A DNA stretch of 64,000 nt from Perkinsela sp. CCAP 1560/9 (taxonomy: Eukaryota; Protista; Euglenozoa: Kinetoplastea). Of the stretch, positions 1 to 10,442 are shown piece after piece; positions within the stretch are counted from its first letter, which is position 1; each line of letters opens with the position of its first letter. The DNA lies in NCBI GenBank assembly GCA_965644495.1, contig CBFFSA010000004.1, positions 806,001 through 870,000 of the forward strand, read 5' to 3'. Under the pieces are notes generated by a model that had not been told where the DNA came from, made no database searches, and saw only the letters and a list, made by a program, of their open reading frames with translations. The position numbers were made by a program, and so were the translations under genes.

Positions 1-2
1 CA

Positions 3-3000
3 CCTTGGAGTTCGTTCCGCAAATGGATTAGTTCCGTACTGCACAATCAAACACCTGTAAAGTTTAGTGCCCCTGACTTATGCGCATCTATCGTACAGAA
101 TCTTGACGATTTCGTCTTGGAATTTCGGGATAGGATCGCTCATGGGAATCAAAAAAGTTCAGAATCACCAACATGTGCAACTGATTGGGGCTCTAAGATA
201 AATCTCATGAATAGCTTATTATGCGGTCTCCGTAGTGCTCCGATACCTGTTTTATTATCTAAAGCTCTCACTCTCATTTCTGAGGAATTAAGCCCCTTAA
301 TGGGTTCAACAGAAAACGACCAACCTGTATCCAAGACCAAGTCGATTATAGACGACCTTCGAGATAAAGGACATGATGAATCTGCTGCTAAACTTGTAAA
401 GGAAAGATTATTGGAGCATTATGTTACAGTCGACGAAACTGTTTCTCTTCTTGAAGAGCATGCGAAACATTCTTCAGCTGAAGACTGCCACTTCGTGTTG
501 CATTTCTCAGAAGTCTTACTTTCCGACACTCGTCGATGTAAAGCTTGGACCCCTTCTCAGCGTAGTCAAGTTGCCAAAATATTAGGGATTCTTGTTGTCG
601 ATAACCTGCTTCCCATATCTGGTGGAAGTGCTGGTCTAGGAGCGATCCTGAAGTTCGTCCTACAAGGCATTGTACGGCCATCATCTAAGGAGGTTCAAGA
701 GCTTTCAATATCTGTACTAGATGCTTTTAAACATCGACTATCAGAATGGCCCCAGTATTGCCTTCATTTGCTACCGGCTGTACCAGAGATAGTGAAATCG
801 ATTCCCGACATAACTCAATATCTTGGGGAAAATGCTCTGAAGTCTTTATCAGGAGAGGATGTACCACCTCCAAGAGAACTGCAGGACCGTGTTGCCTTTC
901 TATTCAATAACTTGGATACGCATAACATTGAAATGTTTAGTAAAGAATTGTCAGAAAAGATAACACCGCCAACCTATCGATTCTTTGCTGACTATTTGAT
1001 CAACAAGCGCATTAAGCTTGAACCCAATTATCACCGAAATTACGTGCGCGTGTTAGAAAGAATGAACCGACACAGCTTCGACACTATTTTGCTCCACCTG
1101 TCTTATGCCTCCGTATGTCAATATATAGATTCCGAGAAAATTCGACTTGTTTCGAACGAGCGAACTATTCTAAAAAATCTTGGAGCATGGATAGGTTTGT
1201 TGACTCTGGCACGGGACAAGCCTATTTTAGCTAAAGACTTACACATTCAAGAGTTGCTTTTGCAAACAATGCGCGACGGAAAATTGATAGCGTCCGTTCC
1301 TTTCGTGGCCAAAATTCTCGACAGCGTCCCGCTGAGCCGCATATTTCACAGTCGTAATCCCTGGGTTCTGAGCGTTTTAAACGTTTTAGCCGAGCTGTAT
1401 CAGCTACCAGATCTTCGTCTAACACTGCGCTTCGAAATTGAAGTTTTATGCAACAGAATTAAGACCACGGTTCAGGCCTTAGTAGAGCGAAGCAAGACAC
1501 ATTCTCCGGACTTTCGCTCAAAGATTTCCATGATTTACAAGAATCTAGATTTATCGAACTCAGTTGACTTCCATGCTGCCTCGGGTGCACGCATACGCAG
1601 TTCCTCTTCTGATGAATCATACGAGATGCGTGCTGATGGAACAGAAGCCCCCTCAAACGTGATAGACCCGAATGTGGGTAGTCTCGCAGCGATGCAGAAC
1701 TCGCCAGCTATCGCGCAGAATATTTCCACGGCTCACTCGACAGGCATTACCAATCGAGCGGAATATGCAGCCCCGGCCTTAGCCGCCTCTCAAGGTCCCA
1801 CCACTCGCCCCTTTGGGACTGCCAAAGTAGTCCCCTTGGCACCAGGACCGAAACACACCCACATTGATCCCGGAAAATTTCACTTGCCTATGTATCGTGC
1901 CTCGACAAAGTCATTAGCGTTGAAACCTGGTGTGGATACCATGATTCATCAAACCCTTGAAAACACGTTCCGTGAAGTCATCCATCCCATCCTCGAGAAA
2001 ACCCTGACCGTAATTGGTCACACCACTCGTGAAGTAACGTCAAAAGATTTTCAACGTGACCCAGACGACGGCTCACTACGACGGTATGCTCAGTTAATGG
2101 CGAGACATCTCACATGCAGCCTCGGTTTAGTCTCCTGTAGAGAACCCTTTCTAGCAGCAGCACGTAAAAACCTCTTCGCCCTCCTAACGCAAAACTTTCC
2201 ACGTGAGTCGAATTCAACAGTGTGTGAGTTAGTGGATAGTATCCTTTCAGAAAACATACAAGGTTGCATGGAGGTCGTGCAAGAAATAGCGACGGAAAGT
2301 GCGAGCTCACTAACAGAGACCATCATGCGTCCAGTATTTGAGAAAAGAAGAATGCAGAAAGCATCCGGTACGTTTCCGGAGCAGCAAGTACTTGAAGAGC
2401 GCTCGATGCGATGCATAACTACTCTCCCGGACGTTCTTTGCCCGCGTGAAGGATTGCAAGGTCTTCATAAACGTGTCTATGACGGGTTCGGTAGGATAGA
2501 CTCTAGTAAGATTATTACATCCCAAATATCATCAAGCGTGGATCAACTGAACAATCTCACGTCAGACATTGAAGCTGAAGCGATCAAACACTATCTACAA
2601 CAGCCTGACTGTCACCTTGGCTTAACGCATCAAAATTTTGCTTCCAGCACACTTAGCCCACAACACAAGCGTATTAAACAATGGCTTTGCCGCATTCCGT
2701 CTATGATATCCGCGTCCAGCGCTCTTCAAGTCACGCGGCATGTATTTCAGAAAATTGTAGCTTTAGGGGGCGCCTTGCCGAAGAATGCTGACCCCGCACA
2801 AAGCCGCGCTCTACAGCTCATCTCGGAAACGTATTTACTCATTTTGCAATCTGCACGAGATAAGGACCCCAAGGTAGTGGAAGAACTTACATATCTGCTC
2901 TTAAAACACGAAAAACTTTGGTCGTTGAAAGAAATTACGGTAAGTTTTATCCGTTTGCGACTTATTAACATTGAAGAGCTTGATCGTCACCTAACTCGGA

Positions 3001-5234
3001 CATTGAACGCCTCATCGGATCTCTCACGGGGCAGAAGCGTCGTCGAATTTACGGGCACCATTGTTCAACGTTGCTTGGTCGACGAAAAACTGGCGTCGCA
3101 GAAAAATTTGAAATCAACGTTGGAAGCTTTGGAAAAGATTGCTCAAATGGCTCGAGAGAAAACAGGACCTGCTGCGGAACAAATGAAAACTAAGGAAAAG
3201 ATGCATGAGTCTTCAAAGTTGTCGCGCGACATGAATGATCAAACAGGTGATAGTTATGGTTCCAAACGTCGTGTTCGCATTCCGTCTGGTGTGCGTGATC
3301 CGGAATTTCGACACAAATGTCGTACATATTTTCGTGAATGGATGCACATATGCGCCAAAAAGGCTCTTCTTTCTACCGGTGCATCAAGCGAAGAAGGGTC
3401 AAGCCCACAGCCGACGCCCCAGCAACAGGCAATGACATTTGTCGGAAAATTGCAACGAAACGGGATGCTAAAAGCGGACTATCGGCTAGAGGCGTTCCTG
3501 ACTGTATTGCTCGAATATTGTGTTGAAAACTGTCTCACGACTCTGTGTTACTCAGCGCGCACGGATTCTGAGAACCAAGATGGGAAGAACGGTGGAGTAT
3601 CGGACTCAATGCCTTCGAATAAAGAATTCACTAACAAAGCATACATGAGCATTGATGCTTATACGGACCTCATCGTCCTGCTCATAAAATGTTGTGGTTG
3701 GGGCGCTCAAACGACAGAAAAAGATTTGTCAACTGTGGACCAAAAGGTTGCAGAGTCAACCGGCGAAACTGAAAAGCCTGACAGCGCCCGAATGCAATGC
3801 CTGCAAGCAGAAGTAGCTCTTGTGAGTCGTACTCTCGACGCGATTCAGAAAGTTTTATTGCGAAACCACAGCTACTTCGCTTCCAGAAGCTCGTCTCGAG
3901 ATATTCCTGAAATGAGTTCTGCGCACGAGATGCAGCAAGAGTTTCAACAGCAACCCTATTTTCGCATGCTGTCAAACCTATTCATTGTTCTGTTCACTCA
4001 AAGTGCGACCTCTCGAACCGACGAGTTTCGATCCTCTACAGTACAAAGGTACTTAAATGCAACAGTTGACACCTTGGTGAACCTTTCGCCACAAAGAGTT
4101 CCCGGGTTTGCGTTCGGATGGCTCGAGCTTGTATCTCATCGGTGCTTCTTGCCCAAGCTGCTCAGCGTGTCTCAGAAAGGTGTTTCGGAAACTGTCGTGC
4201 GCAGCTCTCGCGATCGATGCACGACGTTGCTCCGCGAGGCTTTGACGTTTCTCAGCACAATGTCTCCCGTCCTACAAGATGGTACCATTTCCAATGGGTT
4301 TCGCCTTTTCCACAAGGCACTGCTTCGTACTCTTCTCATTCTCCTGCACGATTTTCCAAACTACATGTACACCTGTGGTGTTGCGCTGGCGGAGGTCATA
4401 CCCAACGAGTGCATCCAACTCCGAAACATTCCTTTGGCTGCGTTTCCTCGGACGCTTAAGCTGCCCGATCCCTTCACCGTGAAGCTTTTTGCTGACCAGG
4501 AACTTCCAGAAATGCGAACGTTACTCCCCTTTCCAGCACACTACGGCACTCTGTTGCAATCCTCCAAGTCCGAGGCCTTGAATGTCACACTCTCTACCGA
4601 AATACAGAAATTCATTACCGAGAAACAGCCTGAGAATCTCCCACAGAAGTTAGCGCTGCTTTTTCGTGAGCACATGGGCGGTGAGTACGGGGCCCATCCC
4701 CAGTCCCGCTCCTTCCTCCCCGAGGCTGTGATTTCACGTCTCGTGCACCACGTGGCTGAGGTTTTCGTTCACGTCGCTCAAAACAAGGAGGAGGCTAGCC
4801 GCCGGTTAACCTTGTCCAGCGCAATCCAGAATGCAGTAGTGCTACTGGCCTCGGTGACATCCCGAATGGTCGCCTATGAGCGCTATGGTGTGTTCTGTGC
4901 TCTGGCCAACCACCTGCGGTATCCCTGTTCCCAGACCTATGTGGCCTCCCGGCTAATTTTAAGTTTATATGAAAATTCTAGTCCTGTTTTGGCGAAGGAA
5001 AAAAATTCAGATGCCTTGCTGTACCGCGAGCAGCTCACCCGGGTGTTGCTGGAACGGGTCCTGGTGCACCGTCCCCATCCCTGGGGTCTGCTGGTGACGT
5101 TTGTAGAGCTCACAGGAAATCGTGCACAGTATGAGTTTTGGACCCAGCCCGCGCTACAGGCGATTCCAGAGATGGTGAAGTTACTGGATGCTGTGGGACG
5201 TAGAACGGGCACCGCGGCGAAGCGATCGACATAA
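3..5234 (+). CDS. NOT1: CCR4-NOT complex scaffold subunit Not1 (5'-truncated by window edge)
   Basis: Not1 motifs: RLSEWPQYCLHL, FLFNNL, KRIKLEPNYH, ERTILKNLGAWIGLLTLARDKPI, HLRYP, EQLTRVLLERVLVHRPHPWGLLVTFVEL. The frame is open from position 3, so the true start lies upstream. Confidence 0.96.
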   Translation, partial: PWSSFRKWISSVLHNQTPVKFSAPDLCASIVQNLDDFVLEFRDRIAHGNQKSSESPTCATDWGSKINLMNSLLCGLRSAPIPVLLSKALTLISEELSPLMGSTENDQPVSKTKSIIDDLRDKGHDESAAKLVKERLLEHYVTVDETVSLLEEHAKHSSAEDCHFVLHFSEVLLSDTRRCKAWTPSQRSQVAKILGILVVDNLLPISGGSAGLGAILKFVLQGIVRPSSKEVQELSISVLDAFKHRLSEWPQYCLHLLPAVPEIVKSIPDITQYLGENALKSLSGEDVPPPRELQDRVAFLFNNLDTHNIEMFSKELSEKITPPTYRFFADYLINKRIKLEPNYHRNYVRVLERMNRHSFDTILLHLSYASVCQYIDSEKIRLVSNERTILKNLGAWIGLLTLARDKPILAKDLHIQELLLQTMRDGKLIASVPFVAKILDSVPLSRIFHSRNPWVLSVLNVLAELYQLPDLRLTLRFEIEVLCNRIKTTVQALVERSKTHSPDFRSKISMIYKNLDLSNSVDFHAASGARIRSSSSDESYEMRADGTEAPSNVIDPNVGSLAAMQNSPAIAQNISTAHSTGITNRAEYAAPALAASQGPTTRPFGTAKVVPLAPGPKHTHIDPGKFHLPMYRASTKSLALKPGVDTMIHQTLENTFREVIHPILEKTLTVIGHTTREVTSKDFQRDPDDGSLRRYAQLMARHLTCSLGLVSCREPFLAAARKNLFALLTQNFPRESNSTVCELVDSILSENIQGCMEVVQEIATESASSLTETIMRPVFEKRRMQKASGTFPEQQVLEERSMRCITTLPDVLCPREGLQGLHKRVYDGFGRIDSSKIITSQISSSVDQLNNLTSDIEAEAIKHYLQQPDCHLGLTHQNFASSTLSPQHKRIKQWLCRIPSMISASSALQVTRHVFQKIVALGGALPKNADPAQSRALQLISETYLLILQSARDKDPKVVEELTYLLLKHEKLWSLKEITVSFIRLRLINIEELDRHLTRTLNASSDLSRGRSVVEFTGTIVQRCLVDEKLASQKNLKSTLEALEKIAQMAREKTGPAAEQMKTKEKMHESSKLSRDMNDQTGDSYGSKRRVRIPSGVRDPEFRHKCRTYFREWMHICAKKALLSTGASSEEGSSPQPTPQQQAMTFVGKLQRNGMLKADYRLEAFLTVLLEYCVENCLTTLCYSARTDSENQDGKNGGVSDSMPSNKEFTNKAYMSIDAYTDLIVLLIKCCGWGAQTTEKDLSTVDQKVAESTGETEKPDSARMQCLQAEVALVSRTLDAIQKVLLRNHSYFASRSSSRDIPEMSSAHEMQQEFQQQPYFRMLSNLFIVLFTQSATSRTDEFRSSTVQRYLNATVDTLVNLSPQRVPGFAFGWLELVSHRCFLPKLLSVSQKGVSETVVRSSRDRCTTLLREALTFLSTMSPVLQDGTISNGFRLFHKALLRTLLILLHDFPNYMYTCGVALAEVIPNECIQLRNIPLAAFPRTLKLPDPFTVKLFADQELPEMRTLLPFPAHYGTLLQSSKSEALNVTLSTEIQKFITEKQPENLPQKLALLFREHMGGEYGAHPQSRSFLPEAVISRLVHHVAEVFVHVAQNKEEASRRLTLSSAIQNAVVLLASVTSRMVAYERYGVFCALANHLRYPCSQTYVASRLILSLYENSSPVLAKEKNSDALLYREQLTRVLLERVLVHRPHPWGLLVTFVELTGNRAQYEFWTQPALQAIPEMVKLLDAVGRRTGTAAKRST

Positions 5235-5628
5235 AAAATCTGGCACGAAGCGTCAGGATCATGAATATGAAAGTGGACGTGCGCATTTCTAGCTTTCAAA
5301 AGGGAAAAAATATTTTATGAGCGGCATGGAACCATTTCGCTTTGTGCGGAGCTGAGCAAAGAATCGCCCTATGTTACCCTGTCATGTGTAGGCTTACAGG
5401 TACTTCAAAGGGTTCTATCACTATTTTACTACAGACCTTTATTTCTGTTATTGATAGATTACGTTGACCATATTGTATTTGTGTTGAGTTCTTTTTAATA
5501 GATTTGTTAACAGGACGAAAAAGCGAGCATTAAATGAGAAATCGACCTCAATGCCTCTGTACAAATTCTATCCAAGTCTCCACACACAATACAGCAACGT
5601 CGTTTTTTGAGCATTAGAAAGTTTTCTT

Positions 5629-7242
5629 ATGTGTGTATACTCTTATGGGGTCCTTCCGGAAGGGAATCATCTTTCGCATACTCGAACCCGCGAAACACAA
5701 CCTGATTCTAAAGAAAACTCTTTCTACGTTGAGGAACCTGTTAGCAAGGACACTCCGCTCTCCAATTTAGGTCGTTCGCTATGTCACCTTTCTCACTTTT
5801 TCGTCGTAGAAAATTTGCTAGAATATTGTGAACCTAAGGAACTCTGTGTTCTTTCGTGCACAAACAAATTATGGTACACACTGACGCATGCTGATGCTCT
5901 CTGGCGTAAGTTATATTGCATTGGCTATGTGAACGAAAAAGAAAAGTCTGCTCTCAAACACAATCAAAAAAATCTCAAAAATTTGCAAAGTCTTACCCTA
6001 CAAAATCTTACCGGGCGAAATCGTGAAACGTTTTGGAAAACTCTCGTAACGGGCCAACCTCATGTGCCCCTCTCGGTTTCCGGAGTATACAGCGATTATT
6101 TATTCCACTTGTGGCGATGCGCCGCAACCGACCCCTCCACTTATTTAACAGAACAACGACGCCACACCGGTAAAACACTCCCCCAAGTCCCCGCCCTCCA
6201 CGTCACCCAACTCCCTCCCCCCCAATTCACCGAGCACTACGAAAAACCCAACACCCCCGTCATCCTCCGCGGGGCCGTACAACACTACTGGCCCCACCTC
6301 TCCCCCCTCTCCACCCCCGCCCACCTCCCCGCCCACCTCCCCGCCCTCCACAGCCCCGAGCGTCTCCTCCAGTGTGAGTCCCTCTCCCTCTCCCTCCCCG
6401 CCTACCACGCCTACCTCCACACCCCCACCCTCCACGGGGAGCGCCCCTTCTATCTCTTCGACCCCCATGTCCTTACCGGTGTGAACCTCTCCCTCCCGCA
6501 TTTCCCCCAGGACTACTTCTCCGTGCTCGGGGAATCCGCCCGGCCCCACCATCGGTGGCTCGTGGTGGGGCCAACAAGAAGCGGGAGCAGTTTCCACACC
6601 GACCCGAACGGGACCAGCGCGTGGAACGCGACCCTTCGGGGACGTAAGTGGTGGCTGTTCTTCCCCCCGGAAGGTAGAGACCCCCCCGGGGTGGTGCGTA
6701 GCCCCGACGGGGTCGAGCTCGCCACCTCGCCCAGTTTAATGGAGTGGGTGATGACGTACTACCGCGGGGTGGTGGAGGCGTATGGCACGGCTCCGGGGAG
6801 GGGGGGGATACAAAGAGGAAAAAAGAGGAGGAGCCGTGTCGCAGCGTCGTGGGGTGGGGCAACAAGGTCGCGTGTGATGTGTTGCGAAGCGGAGACGAGG
6901 ACGGGGGATGTTCTTTTTGTCCCTTGTGGGTGGTGGCATATGGTGGTTAATCTCGAGGAAAGTATCGCGTTTACGGAGAATTATGTGGGGGATTACAACC
7001 TGCGGTATGTGTTGCGTTTTCTACATGCCTCTCCGAGGGGTATTACCGGGTTGAATGGGGTAGATGATGACTCAGAGAGTGATGCGGCAGAAAGGAAACG
7101 CGCGGAATTTTACAAAAAGTTTAGTAAAGCACTGAGGAAACGGTTTCCTTCAATGAGTCCTTTGATTGACGAAGAAAATAGCGTGAAACCGTGTTCTCGT
7201 GTTGCTCCATTACTAGTGTCCGATACGCCCTTCGAATTTTGA
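5629..7242 (+). CDS. F-box + JmjC-domain 2-oxoglutarate oxygenase (JMJD6-like)
   Basis: N-terminal F-box-like segment (LLEYCEPKELCVLSCTNKLW). JMJD6-type core WLVVGPTRSGSSFHTDPNGTSAWN..GRKWW and FVPCGWWHMVVNLEESIAFTENY with HxD...H intact. Confidence 0.9.
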   Translation: MCVYSYGVLPEGNHLSHTRTRETQPDSKENSFYVEEPVSKDTPLSNLGRSLCHLSHFFVVENLLEYCEPKELCVLSCTNKLWYTLTHADALWRKLYCIGYVNEKEKSALKHNQKNLKNLQSLTLQNLTGRNRETFWKTLVTGQPHVPLSVSGVYSDYLFHLWRCAATDPSTYLTEQRRHTGKTLPQVPALHVTQLPPPQFTEHYEKPNTPVILRGAVQHYWPHLSPLSTPAHLPAHLPALHSPERLLQCESLSLSLPAYHAYLHTPTLHGERPFYLFDPHVLTGVNLSLPHFPQDYFSVLGESARPHHRWLVVGPTRSGSSFHTDPNGTSAWNATLRGRKWWLFFPPEGRDPPGVVRSPDGVELATSPSLMEWVMTYYRGVVEAYGTAPGRGGIQRGKKRRSRVAASWGGATRSRVMCCEAETRTGDVLFVPCGWWHMVVNLEESIAFTENYVGDYNLRYVLRFLHASPRGITGLNGVDDDSESDAAERKRAEFYKKFSKALRKRFPSMSPLIDEENSVKPCSRVAPLLVSDTPFEF

Positions 7243-7540
7243 TTCAGGGGCAATGCATATCTGGCAATCCCAATTATTGATGTCACAATGAAAGCGGAAT
7301 CATATACCCGTTTAACATACCCCCCGGGATGTTGTCAAGGTATAGGTATGTTATCTAGGTATAGGTATGTTGCTTTTAATATTCGCGACATTGAGCAGTG
7401 GAGTGAGGGCACGTGCTCGTGAAGGTTTTAAAAACGTAGGAGAAACTCGTTTTGTGCGAGGATTGCATGCTAGTGATGCATCTTCTGGGTATCAATCTCT
7501 GCAGTTAAACTGCATGAATATCATATCTAGTGAAGAAATA

Positions 7541-8304
7541 CAGGGGCGGTTGTTGATCTTGCCCCCTCTTGAGAAATTTTAATTTTTTTTATCCGTTTTC
7601 GCTTATCTTTGCAGCATTGAAGAGATCTCGTTCCCCTAGCGAAGCTCTTTGCCGCCTTTTTTTCATAGAGACCCTCTGATGCCCCCTGGGTTGAAAAACA
7701 CAGTTTTTTTGGGATTTTTTTTGTGCACACAACCATTTTTTCCCCGCACTTTCATGTTTTTGTGGTTTATTTGAATGTGTATAAGCTTAAATAGACCTCT
7801 AATTTCTTTATGCTCAAGCAATATTTCAGTAGAAACAACAATAGCTGCTTAATAGAAATTTTCAAACCTCAACAACACGAATACAAGACCGACTAACCCT
7901 AAAAGTGGTGAATATGTAGAAGGGTGGAAAGAAATTGGCAAAAATACCCCCTAATTTCGCACAGAAGAAAAAGGGTTAAACTCCATTGATTCGGTTTGCA
8001 ATAGGCTTCGAAACATACTGCAAAACAGTGGAGGATCTTCTGGATATTGATTCGTTGTGGTCTTCTTCTAGGACAAACATTTTTTTTGTTGAAATCATGT
8101 TTTCTGAATATGATTAAAAATCCAAAATTTCCGATTTTTGTCAACTTTCGAGTCGCCGACAGGGCATCAGCGGGTCTCTATGAAAAAAAGGCGGCAAAGA
8201 GCTTCGCTAGGGGAACGAGATCTCTTCAATGCTGCAAAGATGAGCAAAAACGGATAGAAAAATTAAAAATTCCCAGGAGGGGGCAAGATCAACAACCGCC
8301 CCTG
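7541..8304. mobile_element. Tc1/mariner-type MITE with ~145-bp TIRs
   Basis: 7541-~7685 (CAGGGGCGGTTGTTGATCTTGCCCCCTC...) is the near-perfect reverse complement of ~8161-8304. TA flanks both ends (7539-40, 8305-06). No internal coding capacity. Confidence 0.93.
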
Positions 8305-8394
8305 TAGAAAAGAGAAGAAAAGCACTTTCACTGTTAGAACCTATACTGAACGATATACCGCGCGTAGTACTAAATAATAAAATGTGTTAGAATA

Positions 8395-9349
8395 CAGGGG
8401 GCATCAGCTCGATCTGGGGGGGTCTAAAAATTTGAATACTTGGCCAATTTTGGAAAATCATAGCGCATTCGAGAGCTCTCACATAGCCCTCTGGTGGAAT
8501 ACATGTATATATCGTTTCCCGTGTAATTAGCAGTATCGTAAAATGGTAAGAGTACCAAAAACGTCAATTGCAAGTTTTTTAAAAAAAATCACCTTTTTCG
8601 CATAAAATTGAGCAGATGAACCTAGTACCCACAGTGTCCCCCCTCCTTTTCTATAACAATCCTCATTATGTTTGGCACACATTTTTGATGTGCGTTCAAC
8701 GAAACGAACTTTAATAAGCAGCTCACTGTACGAAGCTGTGATGGATTCTTACAATAAATCACGGTTCAATGAATGTTTTCTGCACCTTATGACATCCATC
8801 ATTGACCATAAATTTTCGATAGGAGTCATGTCTGGAGATTTGGGTGGCCAATCCAGCATTCTAACCCCGTTATTCTTGATATGGGTACGTGCTTTGTTGT
8901 GCACAAAAACAGCTGAAGGGTGGCGGTTAAGAAATGAAAGAAATCCCCCCCTCTTTGTCATGGCCTTCGCTTGAGAGTTTGTTTGGAACACTGGAACCCA
9001 GCCTTATGAATTTCCCTCAGGATGTAATCCCAGGATGAACATGGGCTATTCCTGCTAAGATCTTCATAAACTTGTAGAGCTGTTTCCAGCAAAGCATCGT
9101 TGCGCACAAAGCGAGATCTCTTGCCTGGTATGTTTTGAACATCACCTGTCGCCCGATGACGTTCCACCCACAACTTGACAGTGCTTTCGTGCACATGAAA
9201 TTTTCGAGCTGTTTCGGAAAATGACCCTGTTTTCTCGAAATCTTCAACTAACAATATTCTGTGTGTCAGTTATGTTTTTCCTGGGGGTGAGAAATGGGTC
9301 TCAGAGAATTTTCCTCGAGAAGAACGCGAATGCACATCTGAAAACGCAT
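8395..9349 (-). mobile_element. Decayed Tc1-like element (one TIR plus transposase pseudogene ~8622-9349)
   Basis: TA|CAGGGG...GGGGGGTCTAAAA TIR resembling 51535. Minus-strand fragments: HTH (FSETARKFHVHESTVKLWV) and WPPKSPDMTPIENLW. Stops, frameshift and internal deletion. Second TIR not found. Confidence 0.85.
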
Positions 9350-9884
9350 AAAAGAAACATTTTTGTTAAAAAAGTACGTGATATTGCGGTTGGATTTTTG
9401 TCCCGTTGCACGAAAAAGCCATGGGACGAGGGGGGGGTATGTTAAGTGTCGAGGGCCAGAATACATACCCCGGTGTGTTATCCAAGGTATATGTATGCTG
9501 AACGGCTATGTGGTTCATATTTCCGCACACCCCGAGAAGAAACATCTGGCGTGTGTCCAATCGCTTTTCCGATCTGTGTAGGGAGAAAACCGCAGTTCGC
9601 CAAGCAAGTCGCTGCCCCTCGCGGGCAAGAATGAACACTGAGACTTATGTCCTCCCGCTTCATTGAGCTGTATTTGACACGATACGTCTTGAAAGTTTTC
9701 GCCGGAGGTACATACCTCCATAGTGTGCGTTGTAACGATCGCCTCGCTCCCCTTTTCGATTCCTCCCCCCAGTGATGGGCGATGGCCCAATGATACGTCC
9801 CTGATATACCTCAGGTCCTTCTTGTTCTCATTTGATACATGCATTACTCTGAAACGTTGTGCTTTTTAGAAAATTGATGATTTT

Positions 9885-10415
9885 ATGGACTCGCTGGATC
9901 TTTTGATCGCCACCTTATCCTCCATGCGTGTGAAGCGTGGGTTAGACCAAAAAAGAGTCCAAGAAACATGCTTTGTCTACGAAGGGTGGACAGTATGCCA
10001 ACGAAAACTGACATTCGCACTTGTGGCCCAGGTGCTCTGCATAATACAGCGAAGCTTTACTGTGGGTAAGTCGAAAGTTAATCGTCGTTCGGCAACTTCT
10101 GTTGCGGAATATTTTCGTCGTGAGCTTCCCTCTGGCGACATCTCTGTTCTATCGAAAACGTTGCGCCGCATGTGGGTAACGTACAAGGGAACTGCATCGA
10201 AGAATGTTAAAGAGCAAAGGGGTGAACGAATGGCGATGATACTTTCTTCGGGGTCTTCCGACGAAAAACAAATACTGACAGCTACTCGCAGCGAATCACA
10301 GAAGCCCACAGCGACTCACAGACACCCGCACATATCTCCAGATACTAACTACAGACTCACCAATGGCCTATTTGGCATGATAAATACTAGTAGCATGTAT
10401 AAGCAATATCGGTAA
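9885..10415 (+). CDS. Hypothetical ORF, probably repeat-derived
   Basis: 176-aa ORF inside a TE cluster. Its N-terminus (LIATLSSMRVKRGLDQKRVQETCFV) resembles a translation of 7367-7460 (LIFATLSSGVRARAREGFKNVGETRFV). Confidence 0.25.
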   Translation: MDSLDLLIATLSSMRVKRGLDQKRVQETCFVYEGWTVCQRKLTFALVAQVLCIIQRSFTVGKSKVNRRSATSVAEYFRRELPSGDISVLSKTLRRMWVTYKGTASKNVKEQRGERMAMILSSGSSDEKQILTATRSESQKPTATHRHPHISPDTNYRLTNGLFGMINTSSMYKQYR

Positions 10416-10442
10416 AATTAATCATAAAGAATAAAAGTATAC

